From IMG/VR virus record IMGVR_UViG_3300049855_000345, positions 3,534 through 67,533 of that record: DNA of 64,000 nucleotides; one strand, given 5' to 3'. The notes under the pieces were generated by a model. It was given only the letters and a program-made list of their open reading frames with translations, was not told the origin of the DNA and searched no databases. The DNA is from a virus. Shown piece after piece: positions 34,859 through 44,454 of this stretch. The translations under genes and the position numbers were made by a program. The stretch's first letter is position 1, and the number at the start of each line of letters is the position of its first letter.

Positions 34859-37156
34859 TTATCTGTACAGTCTGGATGTGTGGTTTTCTTTCTCAACCCT
34901 CCAGATCTGATCATACTTTTTGATTTTCTGCTGGTCTGTACTGTGGGACGTCAGGAAGATACTAGGGACCTTCAGGTCTTGTAATATTTCATAGCAAGCT
35001 TCACGTCCTGCAGGGTCTAGGTCTTTATCCGCCTCATCTAGCATAAGTATATTGCTGTTTTTGGTGCCCATCTTAGCGAAGGCGAAAAAGATAGCTAACG
35101 CTACACGCTTTGCTTCGCCACCACTCACCATGTACAGCGGTATTTGTTGCTCACCTTTATCCAGGAACAAATCAAACTCGTTTTCGTCTTCTGGAGTGTA
35201 TACTTTGACATTACCTGCCGGGAACAGCTGGCTTATGTAGTGAGGTAGAACACCAGTAAGCATGTTCGTAGCTTCGCTTAGCTTGCTAGCTTTGATCTTG
35301 TTGATTGTGACGTTTACAACTTCAAGGATGCGCTTGCGCCTCTTTTCTTCGCTGTTTTTCGCCAAAATACGTTCAATGTCTGCAACCTGTTTTAGATAAT
35401 TCTGTCTTTGCCCAAGTAGCCTGGCCGCTTCCACTGCAGACTCGTTTGCTTCTGTAAACTGTTGTTCCACAATACCCAGCTCGGATTGTGCAAGGCTGAG
35501 CGCGTGCATGTCGAATTTTGTCTGCCCGTTCTGCAGCAGCCATTCTCGTGCTTGTTTCACCACGTTAGCCCGGTTATTACTGGCAGTGATAGCCTCTTTG
35601 ATTTGGAACTCAGGCACATTGATAGTTGGATCTCGTTCGATCTCCAGAGTAGCAAGACGGTCCTGCAGCGCAGTAACCTTAACCAGGTCATCCGCCAGTT
35701 TTTGCAGGCTTTGTTTAGTTGCGCGGAGTGTTTGCACCTCCGTAACTACAGTTTGGTAGTCTCCGTCAGGGAGACTGCCAATCTCGTATTCGAGAAGCAT
35801 TGCCTGCTCTTTGGCCGTAGATAGCTTCTGTAACTCTGCAACCTGTCTAAGTATTTCGTTTACCGCATCTTGCAGCTGTGCGTGGTCATGCTGCCTTGTG
35901 GACAGCATCTGTTGGTGCTCTTCTTCTGTAATTGGACGTAGGCAGGTAGGGCACTTCGTACCTTTGAACGATAGCTTACTGATCTCCGACGCCAAGGTAT
36001 TTAGGCTGGCAGTATAGGTTTTAGCTTCTAGTTGCGCCTGCATCAGTTCCATGCTGATTTCTTTCAGGCTCTTATCAGATTTCGGCAACCTAGCTAGTTC
36101 GCCCTCTTTGCTTTGTCTGATTCTCAGTTTCTCCGCTAGTTCGGTTGCTTTAGTGATATTTTGTTCGTGTTCTACGACCTGTTGCCTGATCTCTTGGTAG
36201 GATTGATTTGTGCTGATACCCAACTGCTCCAGCTGCTTAGTAATAGTAGACAGTTCGGTGAGCCGCTGCAGTTCTTTACTTAGAGCCTGTACCTGGTTTG
36301 CGCATAATGCCAGCTCGGTCTGCATAGCCTGTGTAGTAAATGTGACATTCAGCCCGGCGACTTTGAACTCCCATTCTTTGCCTTGCTCCTCTACGAGCTT
36401 CGCCTTCTTTTGTTGCTCTACTATAAAACGCAAATCAATAATTCGTTGCTGTAGCTCTAGACGTCTCTGATCGGCAGCGGTTTTATTATCCTGGATGATG
36501 TTTTCCGGTAGCATCGCCGCCAGCTGTTGTTGTACACTCTCCAGTAGATCAAGCAGTTCCGCCTCGTTAGGTATTACTATACCATTCAGAGTCTTCTGCG
36601 ATACCTTGTATACTAGGTCGATCGACTCCAGCCCAAAGTACATAGACAGGAACTTCTTTTTCTGGCTTGGTGTTCCATGTACCAATGCGTGGGAGTACTG
36701 CTGTGACAAGTACATCTGTCCGTAGAACTCATCCGGTGTGAACCCCAGCTTTCGCAGCACGGTAGCCTGGACGTCATCTAGGCGGGTAGTCGGAGTTTTG
36801 TCTTCACCATCCTCCCAAATTTCGATACGCGTGCCTCTGTCTTTGTGCGCACGATAATTATCGATTTCGTATTCAATACCTTTGTGATCGAAGATCAGCT
36901 GCGTATGAAAATTGTGAGGATACTTCAGGTTAAGCAGCTCGTTTTTGACTACCGATGCGTTACCTGACTTTTTACCGGTTCTGCCTGTAGCTGTATACGC
37001 GAGCAGATCGAATAACGTGCTTTTGCCAGAGCCGTTAGACCCACCTTCATCCTTATTGACACCCTGGATCAGTACAAGGCCCTGGTTGTCCAGGGGCATA
37101 TCAGCTTCCGTTATGCATCCACCGTTCCGGATTGTGAAGTTTTTGAAACGAATCAT
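34859..37156 (-). CDS. sbcC: SbcC/Rad50-like ATPase (gp46-like)
   Basis: SNGSGKST, coiled coil with CPTC zinc hook, SGGE, LDE..LD, TSH. Confidence 0.93.
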   Translation of the reverse strand: MIRFKNFTIRNGGCITEADMPLDNQGLVLIQGVNKDEGGSNGSGKSTLFDLLAYTATGRTGKKSGNASVVKNELLNLKYPHNFHTQLIFDHKGIEYEIDNYRAHKDRGTRIEIWEDGEDKTPTTRLDDVQATVLRKLGFTPDEFYGQMYLSQQYSHALVHGTPSQKKKFLSMYFGLESIDLVYKVSQKTLNGIVIPNEAELLDLLESVQQQLAAMLPENIIQDNKTAADQRRLELQQRIIDLRFIVEQQKKAKLVEEQGKEWEFKVAGLNVTFTTQAMQTELALCANQVQALSKELQRLTELSTITKQLEQLGISTNQSYQEIRQQVVEHEQNITKATELAEKLRIRQSKEGELARLPKSDKSLKEISMELMQAQLEAKTYTASLNTLASEISKLSFKGTKCPTCLRPITEEEHQQMLSTRQHDHAQLQDAVNEILRQVAELQKLSTAKEQAMLLEYEIGSLPDGDYQTVVTEVQTLRATKQSLQKLADDLVKVTALQDRLATLEIERDPTINVPEFQIKEAITASNNRANVVKQAREWLLQNGQTKFDMHALSLAQSELGIVEQQFTEANESAVEAARLLGQRQNYLKQVADIERILAKNSEEKRRKRILEVVNVTINKIKASKLSEATNMLTGVLPHYISQLFPAGNVKVYTPEDENEFDLFLDKGEQQIPLYMVSGGEAKRVALAIFFAFAKMGTKNSNILMLDEADKDLDPAGREACYEILQDLKVPSIFLTSHSTDQQKIKKYDQIWRVEKENHTSRLYR

Positions 37157-38199
37157 TCGTCAACCTGTCCCACTTGACTGATAATATTGTCTATCTCACG
37201 CCTAGCTATAGCCAGGTCATCACCTTCGAGGGTTTGCGACACACCCTCCACGATAAGCTGGTGTAAGCTGAGACCGTTTTTCAGGTCTAGAATGGGCTCG
37301 AAATCGGGTTTTTCATACTCTACCTTCACGACGTTCTCAGGTTTAGCTACGCCCAGCGCTTCTGTTTTGCTGGTTACTACTTTTACGTAACAGTCTTCAG
37401 GCACGTCATCGAAGCTGGTGGCTTTCACCATCTGTTTTGAAGCTACTGGCTCGAAGACAGGATTATCTGGGTCGTCGGTGTCTACAATTAGGACACCCTT
37501 AGGCCACTGGTCTCCAAACTTAATCTGTAAAGGAGCACCGCAGTAGAATGTCCTAGGAGCCATCTTTTGTCGAATGTGGATGTCCCCTAGAGCTACGTAC
37601 GTAACATCGAAATCTTGAGCATCCTCACCGTCGTAATCCAGTTTCGGTACATCCACTCCGCCTTTAATGCGCCAGTTCGTATCGCTGATGGATCCTTTGA
37701 TGGTCTCGTGGACCACGACCACCACGTTTTTATATTTGAGAGATATTGAGGCATCTTTTGCGTCGTTGATCGCTCGTGCGCAGTCCTCTTTGAACTTACG
37801 AGGCGTATGACAGACCAGGATGAATAGTGTATCGTCAATAACCCTATACGTAGTTCTCTCTACTATTGTAGAATTAATAAACTTACCTTGGTCGTGTAAT
37901 AGGGCCAGGTAGTGAATTGCTGTATACCCAGTCATATCCGACATGTCATGGTTGCCGGGTATCGCCAGGATATTGAATCCAGCCTGGTCATATCCAATTA
38001 ATTTTCTCTGAACAAGATCGCGCTCTTCTTTTGAAGGCACATCTTCGTCGAAAATATCCCCAGCGATCACTATGGTTGTGATATTATGGCGTCGAGCAAC
38101 ATCAAAGATGCCGTCGATTACTTTACTTTGACGTTCCAGGTAATCCGGGAGGGCTTTGCTGGCGCCAATGTGGAGATCTGACGTATGTAGGAATTTCAT
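37153..38199 (-). CDS. sbcD: SbcD/Mre11-like nuclease (gp47-like)
   Basis: TSDLHIG, AGDIFD, PGNHD, VHE, LGDIH, YCGAPLQ. Confidence 0.93.
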   Translation of the reverse strand: MKFLHTSDLHIGASKALPDYLERQSKVIDGIFDVARRHNITTIVIAGDIFDEDVPSKEERDLVQRKLIGYDQAGFNILAIPGNHDMSDMTGYTAIHYLALLHDQGKFINSTIVERTTYRVIDDTLFILVCHTPRKFKEDCARAINDAKDASISLKYKNVVVVVHETIKGSISDTNWRIKGGVDVPKLDYDGEDAQDFDVTYVALGDIHIRQKMAPRTFYCGAPLQIKFGDQWPKGVLIVDTDDPDNPVFEPVASKQMVKATSFDDVPEDCYVKVVTSKTEALGVAKPENVVKVEYEKPDFEPILDLKNGLSLHQLIVEGVSQTLEGDDLAIARREIDNIISQVGQVDE

Positions 38200-38209
38200 A
38201 GGTTATTGT

Positions 38210-38815
38210 TCAGGTCTTACAGATGCCTTCAGCGCTTAGGTAGTCTAGGATCTGTACAGCAGCTTTCTCTCGGTCTAGGAATGTCTTCTGATCCCTGTCC
38301 CCGAATACTAGGTATCTCTGATTGGCTCGTTCCCAGAGTCGTAGCGAGCTGATACCTATACGTCCTGTAGCTAGATGCAACTTGAATTTAGTTAGCACCA
38401 CAGGGTGCTTTTTACACATCAGGATCAGTCCGTACCAGGAAGCCACGCCGTCATGAATCTGCAGACGTTGAAGGTTCAGCATTACAAACAGGCTTCGCTG
38501 TCGTAGCTGATCCAGAATCATTTCGTATAACTTCTCGTCGATGAGGTTGATTCCCAAGGATTGCGCTAGAAAGTTTGCGACAGGCAGAATGTATTTCATT
38601 TCTGCCTGTTTCACCTGAATTGGAATATCCGGATAATCTTCTGGCCTACGCATTTCGAAGCGGGGGTTATCATCAGGCCCAAAGGTAGGGTCGTCAGCAT
38701 CCTTTCCGTATTTGATAGGGTTGCCGTCTACATCCACAATTGTAGATTTATCAATCGGACCCTCTTGCGCTAGAGGCTTTTTAAAGTCCACACCGTCAGG
38801 TAATTTGTTGATCAT
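38210..38815 (-). CDS. hypothetical protein
   Basis: 201-aa ORF. Confidence 0.65.
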   Translation of the reverse strand: MINKLPDGVDFKKPLAQEGPIDKSTIVDVDGNPIKYGKDADDPTFGPDDNPRFEMRRPEDYPDIPIQVKQAEMKYILPVANFLAQSLGINLIDEKLYEMILDQLRQRSLFVMLNLQRLQIHDGVASWYGLILMCKKHPVVLTKFKLHLATGRIGISSLRLWERANQRYLVFGDRDQKTFLDREKAAVQILDYLSAEGICKT

Positions 38816-39011
38816 CTGTGACCTTTTCTCCGCACCTTTGGCATGTATTGGTTTCTTCTGCGCATTTTAGACAAAATGCTGGTATGCCATAATCTGGGTG
38901 TCTATTGTTTTCTTTGCACTTTTTGCACGTGTAACTTCGGAAGGCTCGTGCCACGAGCCTTACTTTTCGCGCGCAGGGCTCACATTCCAGTATCCCTTTA
39001 CGTTTAGTCAT
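38796..39011 (-). CDS. zinc-finger protein
   Basis: Four CxxC pairs. Confidence 0.65.
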   Translation of the reverse strand: MTKRKGILECEPCARKVRLVARAFRSYTCKKCKENNRHPDYGIPAFCLKCAEETNTCQRCGEKVTDDQQIT

Positions 39012-39411
39012 CTACGTATTCTAGCTGAGGGAGCAGTTGCTCTTTTGCGTAGCGTTTCGCAGCAGACAACAGCTCTTCAAAGTCAAGACACTGGAACATT
39101 TCTAGCCTATTCCGAATTCTGCGACTACAATTTACGATAGTTGCTCCACGTCCCTTTACGCAGGAGGCGTTAATGGTGAAAACAATCTCCCCGTTGAATA
39201 ACATCACTAAAGGCTGCCAGGTCGCTTGTTTATCTGTTTGCCTCCACCTTGTGCACCCGATGGTAGTGCTTATCGGTAGATCTTCATCACACTCTGTGTC
39301 AGGAACTTCCAATACTTCGAGCATGGCGGTTTCTACCTGCTCCGCTTGCGTATGGATTTTAGCGATTTCTCGCTCCCACCACCAGACTTCCATATCTATT
39401 ACGTTGTTCAC
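39004..39411 (-). CDS. hypothetical protein
   Basis: GTGA overlap. Confidence 0.55.
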   Translation of the reverse strand: MNNVIDMEVWWWEREIAKIHTQAEQVETAMLEVLEVPDTECDEDLPISTTIGCTRWRQTDKQATWQPLVMLFNGEIVFTINASCVKGRGATIVNCSRRIRNRLEMFQCLDFEELLSAAKRYAKEQLLPQLEYVDD

Positions 39412-39917
39412 TGTGGGCTGCCTTGTATTTCGTGGTAACCGTGGTACGTGATAAGGAACACACGTGTCAGCGGGCAGCGCTCTTTAGCTGCGTAGGCGAG
39501 GTACTCGTCATTTTCCAGGTAATAGATTTTACGTTCTTCCATATGTTCTATAACGATGTCTACAAACCTGCTCATCTTCTCGACGTAGGCGTCTGTGGTG
39601 CTTTTTGCACCTCTCATGTTTATTTCGTCGATACGTAATCCGGCATTAGCTAACCACAACTTTGTCCTTTTGTGGTAGTTGACTCGCACGCCCTCATGGT
39701 TTGTATACCGTGAGGGACGTGCTGTCAGTGCCGCCATGATTGGTTTCATGCCGCTATCGTTGTTTCGTAGCAATTCTTCAATGAGATCCAGGCCTGGTTT
39801 ATTCACGTTATCTTCGTCGGAATGTTCGAAAAAGCTAACAAGATCTCCTTCTTTTAAGAACTTGTGCCTGTGTCTATCATCAGCCACTGTGCCGTCTATA
39901 TCAGTAATGATTAGCAT
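39408..39917 (-). CDS. HAD-family phosphatase (T4 PNK 3'-phosphatase-like)
   Basis: TDIDGTVAD..HR, LTARP, T..WL, MR...D...K, END. Confidence 0.8.
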   Translation of the reverse strand: MLIITDIDGTVADDRHRHKFLKEGDLVSFFEHSDEDNVNKPGLDLIEELLRNNDSGMKPIMAALTARPSRYTNHEGVRVNYHKRTKLWLANAGLRIDEINMRGAKSTTDAYVEKMSRFVDIVIEHMEERKIYYLENDEYLAYAAKERCPLTRVFLITYHGYHEIQGSPQ

Positions 39918-40002
39918 GAGGATAATCCCCATACTGCTACTGTTGCTAATAAGCACAGCCCTAGTAGGGCCTTATTGAAGTCTTTGCTACTGTTTTCCAT
40001 AG

Positions 40003-41232
40003 TTACTCTAGTAAGGCAGCCTGCTGCATTTCGTCCTCAGGAGCTTCCGTAACATCCACATAACCCGTTCCGGCGTCTTCTTCGTCGACCTTGTACATCT
40101 CTTCTAGGTTAGTGGATTTGAAATAAAGTTCGAAGGCTTCACCGGCTTCGATCTGTAAACGCAAATGCTGGCGGAAAATATTCTTGTGGCATAGCTCCAT
40201 TAGAGGATCTTTGCGCAACTTTTGCTGGTGCCAGGGAGTTTCAGGCAAGTTTAGTGTGTAATAACCACCACCCCCCACGCTGACCTGGCCCGTCATTTGT
40301 AGATACCCGAGGCTGTCATATCCACGATCGATACCGTGACCGTGAGCTACTGCCACGGTATCCTTTAGTTCTAGGAAAGGCACGAACTGACGATTTTTAA
40401 TAGTACGTAGGTTAATGAAGCGCAGCTGCCTTCCGCGCTCAATTACAGGTTTACCTACAGCTTGAATGCGCATCGCCAAGCTTGGATAGAACTTGACGGC
40501 CTGGCCACCAGGCTGGTATTCTGGGTTTCCGTACATGACTCCAGGCTTTTCTCGCGTTTGGTTGATGGCTAACAGCGAAGCGTTTTTACGGCCGAGTTTT
40601 GCCTGGATCTGCTGCAAGCCCTGGCTGTGCAGGCGAGCCTGTAATGCCATACCACCAGCTTCGTCATTTTCTTGTAATGTCTCTGGTAACATCGCAGCTA
40701 GGGAGTCAATAATGAATACAGCAGACGGTCTTGGACGACCGTCTACCCCGCCTTGGTAGTCGGGAAGGTTATCCAGCATTCGGCTGATGTGTCGATAGGT
40801 AGATTCGCCGGTCACAGGCTGGAAGTAGTTGAATAGTGGATTTCTCGAACCATCTGCAAGTCGAATTTTGACGCCTACAGCACCAAGATATTTTCCATCA
40901 GCACCGGCCTCGTGATCATATAGGAAAACAGGGATAGGACTTGTTCCTGGGCCTTCGCGCATGCAATTGCCTATGACATGGTAGGCCATTGTGCTCTTAC
41001 CTGAGCCCTCCGCCCCGAAAGTATTAGTAATCTTTCCAGGCGGTAGACCACCACCTGTTAGCAAGTCTATACACAAAGACCCGAAGCTGATTGTTCCTGT
41101 TACAAAGTTTGCTCGGTCTAGGTTTACCGGAGGGTTGTCTAGGTCAGCTCCGATAGCTGCAGCTCGTCGAGCTAGTTCTATAGCATCTGTAGTTGGTTCC
41201 AGTAGTTTTGTTTTTTCTTCTTTTTTAGCCAT
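40003..41232 (-). CDS. recA: RecA/UvsX recombinase
   Basis: GGGLPPGKI, GAEGSGKST, IIDSLAAM, MALQARL, INQTREK.GVMYGNPE..PGG.A.KFY. Confidence 0.95.
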   Translation of the reverse strand: MAKKEEKTKLLEPTTDAIELARRAAAIGADLDNPPVNLDRANFVTGTISFGSLCIDLLTGGGLPPGKITNTFGAEGSGKSTMAYHVIGNCMREGPGTSPIPVFLYDHEAGADGKYLGAVGVKIRLADGSRNPLFNYFQPVTGESTYRHISRMLDNLPDYQGGVDGRPRPSAVFIIDSLAAMLPETLQENDEAGGMALQARLHSQGLQQIQAKLGRKNASLLAINQTREKPGVMYGNPEYQPGGQAVKFYPSLAMRIQAVGKPVIERGRQLRFINLRTIKNRQFVPFLELKDTVAVAHGHGIDRGYDSLGYLQMTGQVSVGGGGYYTLNLPETPWHQQKLRKDPLMELCHKNIFRQHLRLQIEAGEAFELYFKSTNLEEMYKVDEEDAGTGYVDVTEAPEDEMQQAALLE

Positions 41233-43057
41233 GGTCTTCTGTTTCCTCAAGGACTGTTGGGTCTGTTTGATTTGTTTGTGTTTTGCTAATTACTATTTGG
41301 CCTTCTGTATCGAAGGAGATAAAATTCCACCACGTGCACGCAGTGCATTTGACGTAGGGGTTGCATTTTTTGTGGTCCATTGCTCCTTTAAGCTGTCCTT
41401 TGCAGCTTGGGCATTTTGTTGGGTATGGCAGAGTATATTTCCGTTTTCCTAGCTGAAGAGATCGCAGCCAGGTCTGGTATGCTTTTACCGTTTCGGTGTA
41501 CTCAGCACGACCGCTAATAATGTCTTCCAGGTCTTCTTCTATCTGAGCGCAAAATACAGGGTCTATGAGGTCAACAACACATTTTTCAATGATGGTGTAA
41601 ATCATCTCTCCACGGGCAGTTAGTGTAAGCTCCCCGTTATCTTGTTCCTGCACGAATATATTATCGATTAGGTTCTCAATAACTTCTACGTACAGGTGTG
41701 GCCGTCCTATAGCGTTCTCGTCCATCCATTTTATGGCGCTAGCTACCGTATGCCTGGCTGGGGGTTGTGTACTCTCCTCACGTACGGTCATTTCCCTGAC
41801 TTTGTGTAAGGTTTTCTCTTCCAAAGTCTGTTTGTGGACAGGTGCGTTTAGTCCAGGTTTTTCTGGTGAAGACCCTTCAGCGTAGAAGATGACGTTATCC
41901 CCAACTAGGTAGTCTACTTCTTGTTTTCGTGTTACAGCAGGCTGTAGCTGTGTGCTTATTGTTCGATTCCATACCATTTCGTATAAGTCACGAGCTATTC
42001 TATCGCGTACTGGTAGGTCTTCAGGTTTCAGGAATCCTGTAGGTCGGATCACCTCCCCATAGCCGGGAGCGGAGTAGTTTTTGGTTACATCTGCTACTGC
42101 TAAACCTTGTGCTCTTGCATACACCCACAGGCGTTCAGCAAAACGTCTGTTCATAGCTACGCGGTTGGTCTTGTAGTAAGTGATAACTCCACTGTCGTAT
42201 AGGAGACGAGCGGCCTGTAGGGTTTCACGAGGTTTCCAGCCGTGCTTCGCGCTCATTGTGCGCAGAATAGTGCTTGTAGTAAAAGGAGGTAGTATTTTTG
42301 AGACCTCAGACCTCTCAGCGTAGTCGTATTCCACAACCTCTTCGTCCAAGTATTCTCGGATTTTATCTATATGCCGTTTGGCTGCGTCCTCCGTTAGAAA
42401 CGCGAGAGACCGTCCTGTGGCCTTGCCTTTGCATATATGCCCCTCTACATAGAAGCGTTTTTGTGGTGTGAAAGCTCTGCGTTCACGCTCACGTTTCACA
42501 ATCTCACCAAGTACGGAAAAGGTATGAATATTGTAGTTTAGATTGTGTCCTTTACTATCTAATATCCTGCCTGCTCTCTTAATGAATGGTTTTAGCTCAT
42601 CCATTACTAGTTTGTCTATTACGAGCCTAGCAAAGTGCGCTTTCGCTAGGTTTGAGTCTACGATATCCGCACCAGTAAGAGCTATTGTGAGATTAGTTAG
42701 GCAAAGTTCGTCGATTGCTATACGTCTTGACCTTGCATCGGAGTGCTTCAGTATCAAATCTTGTAACTGGTACGCCAATGCCTCTCCTTCGGCATCGAGG
42801 TCCGTGCAGATGTAAGCCTCGTCGGCTTTCATCAAGCTCTTCTTCAGGTTATGTATAGATTTGTCTATGCTCCAGACAGGGAAAAGGTTGTCGTCTAGCC
42901 AATGCTCTGTTTTGGCACAATCAAATACGTCTTTCGATACCTCGAAGAACTTCCAGTTTTTCCCAGAAAACTCTGAGACTAGCTGCTGCAGCCGCGCAGA
43001 TTTAGCCGCGGACTCCGTAATGACGACTACTTTTTTGATGTCTGGTTGCTGAGCCAT
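41225..43057 (-). CDS. topA: type IA DNA topoisomerase (divergent active site)
   Basis: Toprim VITES..K and TDLDAEGE, PPFTT, LYDSGVITY, IRPT, LYEMVW.R, IGRP, LT.RG, C-terminal Zn ribbon. Confidence 0.85.
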   Translation of the reverse strand: MAQQPDIKKVVVITESAAKSARLQQLVSEFSGKNWKFFEVSKDVFDCAKTEHWLDDNLFPVWSIDKSIHNLKKSLMKADEAYICTDLDAEGEALAYQLQDLILKHSDARSRRIAIDELCLTNLTIALTGADIVDSNLAKAHFARLVIDKLVMDELKPFIKRAGRILDSKGHNLNYNIHTFSVLGEIVKRERERRAFTPQKRFYVEGHICKGKATGRSLAFLTEDAAKRHIDKIREYLDEEVVEYDYAERSEVSKILPPFTTSTILRTMSAKHGWKPRETLQAARLLYDSGVITYYKTNRVAMNRRFAERLWVYARAQGLAVADVTKNYSAPGYGEVIRPTGFLKPEDLPVRDRIARDLYEMVWNRTISTQLQPAVTRKQEVDYLVGDNVIFYAEGSSPEKPGLNAPVHKQTLEEKTLHKVREMTVREESTQPPARHTVASAIKWMDENAIGRPHLYVEVIENLIDNIFVQEQDNGELTLTARGEMIYTIIEKCVVDLIDPVFCAQIEEDLEDIISGRAEYTETVKAYQTWLRSLQLGKRKYTLPYPTKCPSCKGQLKGAMDHKKCNPYVKCTACTWWNFISFDTEGQIVISKTQTNQTDPTVLEETEDHG

Positions 43058-43374
43058 TAGTTATATTTTTCGGTCATGAGATCGGCTAGAAGCTGTTCTG
43101 AGGGTACGCCGATATGCTTCTTAGCTAGTTCTTTGTTTACAAACACTCGGCTTTGCGGTATACGAGTACACGCAAGCTCTTTGTGCTTTGCACTGTTTTC
43201 GTCGGCTTCCACGATACAAATTTTGTAGCCTAGTTGCTCTAACTTGACGCTATAAGCGCGAAAAGTCTGGCGAGCCCTTTTACACAAGGGGTCACCAGAC
43301 TTTTCTAGTAGTATGAGGACTCGTTCTTCACGATTAATAGTCTCAATAGCCTTATCAGATGTAAGTTGTCTCAT
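43057..43374 (-). CDS. thioredoxin-fold protein lacking a full CxxC
   Basis: DPLCK at the CxxC position; cis-Pro-like RIP motif; ~105 aa. Confidence 0.6.
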   Translation of the reverse strand: MRQLTSDKAIETINREERVLILLEKSGDPLCKRARQTFRAYSVKLEQLGYKICIVEADENSAKHKELACTRIPQSRVFVNKELAKKHIGVPSEQLLADLMTEKYN

Positions 43375-43419
43375 ATGAGACCTTTTACACCCGAAAGGCT
43401 ACTCTTGAGAGATTAAATC

Positions 43420-44442
43420 TCAGGAACGTTCGCTAGTTGCCTGCAAGCACTGTGGCTTGTGTGGGCACTTGATACAGTCCATTGTTCCAAGGAACCCGCC
43501 GAAGCATGCAGGACGGCTCGTCTGACCCTGATCTGCAGCAGGAGGCTTACCTAGACCGCCAGTTATAGTGGCTGGTGTAGAATCTTGATGCATCGGAAGC
43601 TGGACGTGAGCTGGAGCCTGCGTCGGCACTTCCTGTGGAGCCTGGAATCCGATAGGATTCTGCTTAGGCGGCATCTGACCTCCAGAGGGAGGCATCTGCG
43701 CGCCAGAGGGAGGCATCTGAGCACCGGAGGGCGGTGCATAATTCTGACCTTGTGCAGGACCTTCATTCTTGAAGAAACCCGCACGGATAAGGCTCTGACG
43801 GGCGTTGTTGGCGTCACCAGGAACGTAAATTTCATCGAACTCGAAAAGTTCCTTATTACGCTCTTCATCCGTAAGAGGAGCACGATCGCCTTTCTGGAAA
43901 GCCCAATCAAAACCCTTTTTACCCTGGATCGTGGTTTTTTGTATGTACAAGTCGCAGCCGTGGTCCGCGTTGGCTACGCTGGTAGGACGGCCCTGAACCA
44001 TATTCAGGTTCTTTAGGTCTGTAATCTTTTTCATCGCGGTGGGTGGCAGTTCGAAACCTTTGATGTAGTTTTTCGCGCCATTACCTTGAGCCGAGCGGTC
44101 AATCACGTTGAACAAGTATTTAATTGCTGGCTTGATTCCAGCCTGGCATCCGGGGCATAGATGCGCTTTACTTGGGTCTACAGCCTCCAGGTCACTGGAC
44201 CAGCCAAGGCAGTCAATGGGGAAGGTTGCTTCCTTATTATCTTTCGTGGTAATCTTTACCCAGTGCTGTGCGTAGCAGAAAATTCCGCCCACAATACGGA
44301 AGTTGTACCATTCACCGATTTTGGGCATCTCCGCCCACAGGATCTGGTCTTTCCACTTGATGTCAGTTGTTCTTGGATTGATATCGTCGAGGCTTTTCAT
44401 GATGTGTTTCCTTTTGTTGATGGGCGATGCGGCGGTAGCCAA
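43420..44442 (-). CDS. single-stranded DNA-binding protein (gp32-like) with Pro/Gln linker and C-terminal Cys cluster
   Basis: FRIVG...HWV, CPGC, YLFNVIDR, G.DL.I.K; located beside recA/topA. Confidence 0.7.
   Translation of the reverse strand: MATAASPINKRKHIMKSLDDINPRTTDIKWKDQILWAEMPKIGEWYNFRIVGGIFCYAQHWVKITTKDNKEATFPIDCLGWSSDLEAVDPSKAHLCPGCQAGIKPAIKYLFNVIDRSAQGNGAKNYIKGFELPPTAMKKITDLKNLNMVQGRPTSVANADHGCDLYIQKTTIQGKKGFDWAFQKGDRAPLTDEERNKELFEFDEIYVPGDANNARQSLIRAGFFKNEGPAQGQNYAPPSGAQMPPSGAQMPPSGGQMPPKQNPIGFQAPQEVPTQAPAHVQLPMHQDSTPATITGGLGKPPAADQGQTSRPACFGGFLGTMDCIKCPHKPQCLQATSERS
43670..43732 (-). repeat. three 21-bp coding tandem repeats (PPSG[A/G]QM)
   Basis: ggcatctg-N4-cc(a/g)gaggg(a/c) units at 43670, 43691 and 43712. 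Confidence 0.85.
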
Positions 44443-44454
44443 TGTGCCCGAGTA

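Noticed and set aside
43670-43732. CRISPR-like repeat array
   Set aside because: These are contiguous in-frame 21-bp coding repeats with synonymous variation and no spacers. No CRISPR array or cas gene was seen in the window.
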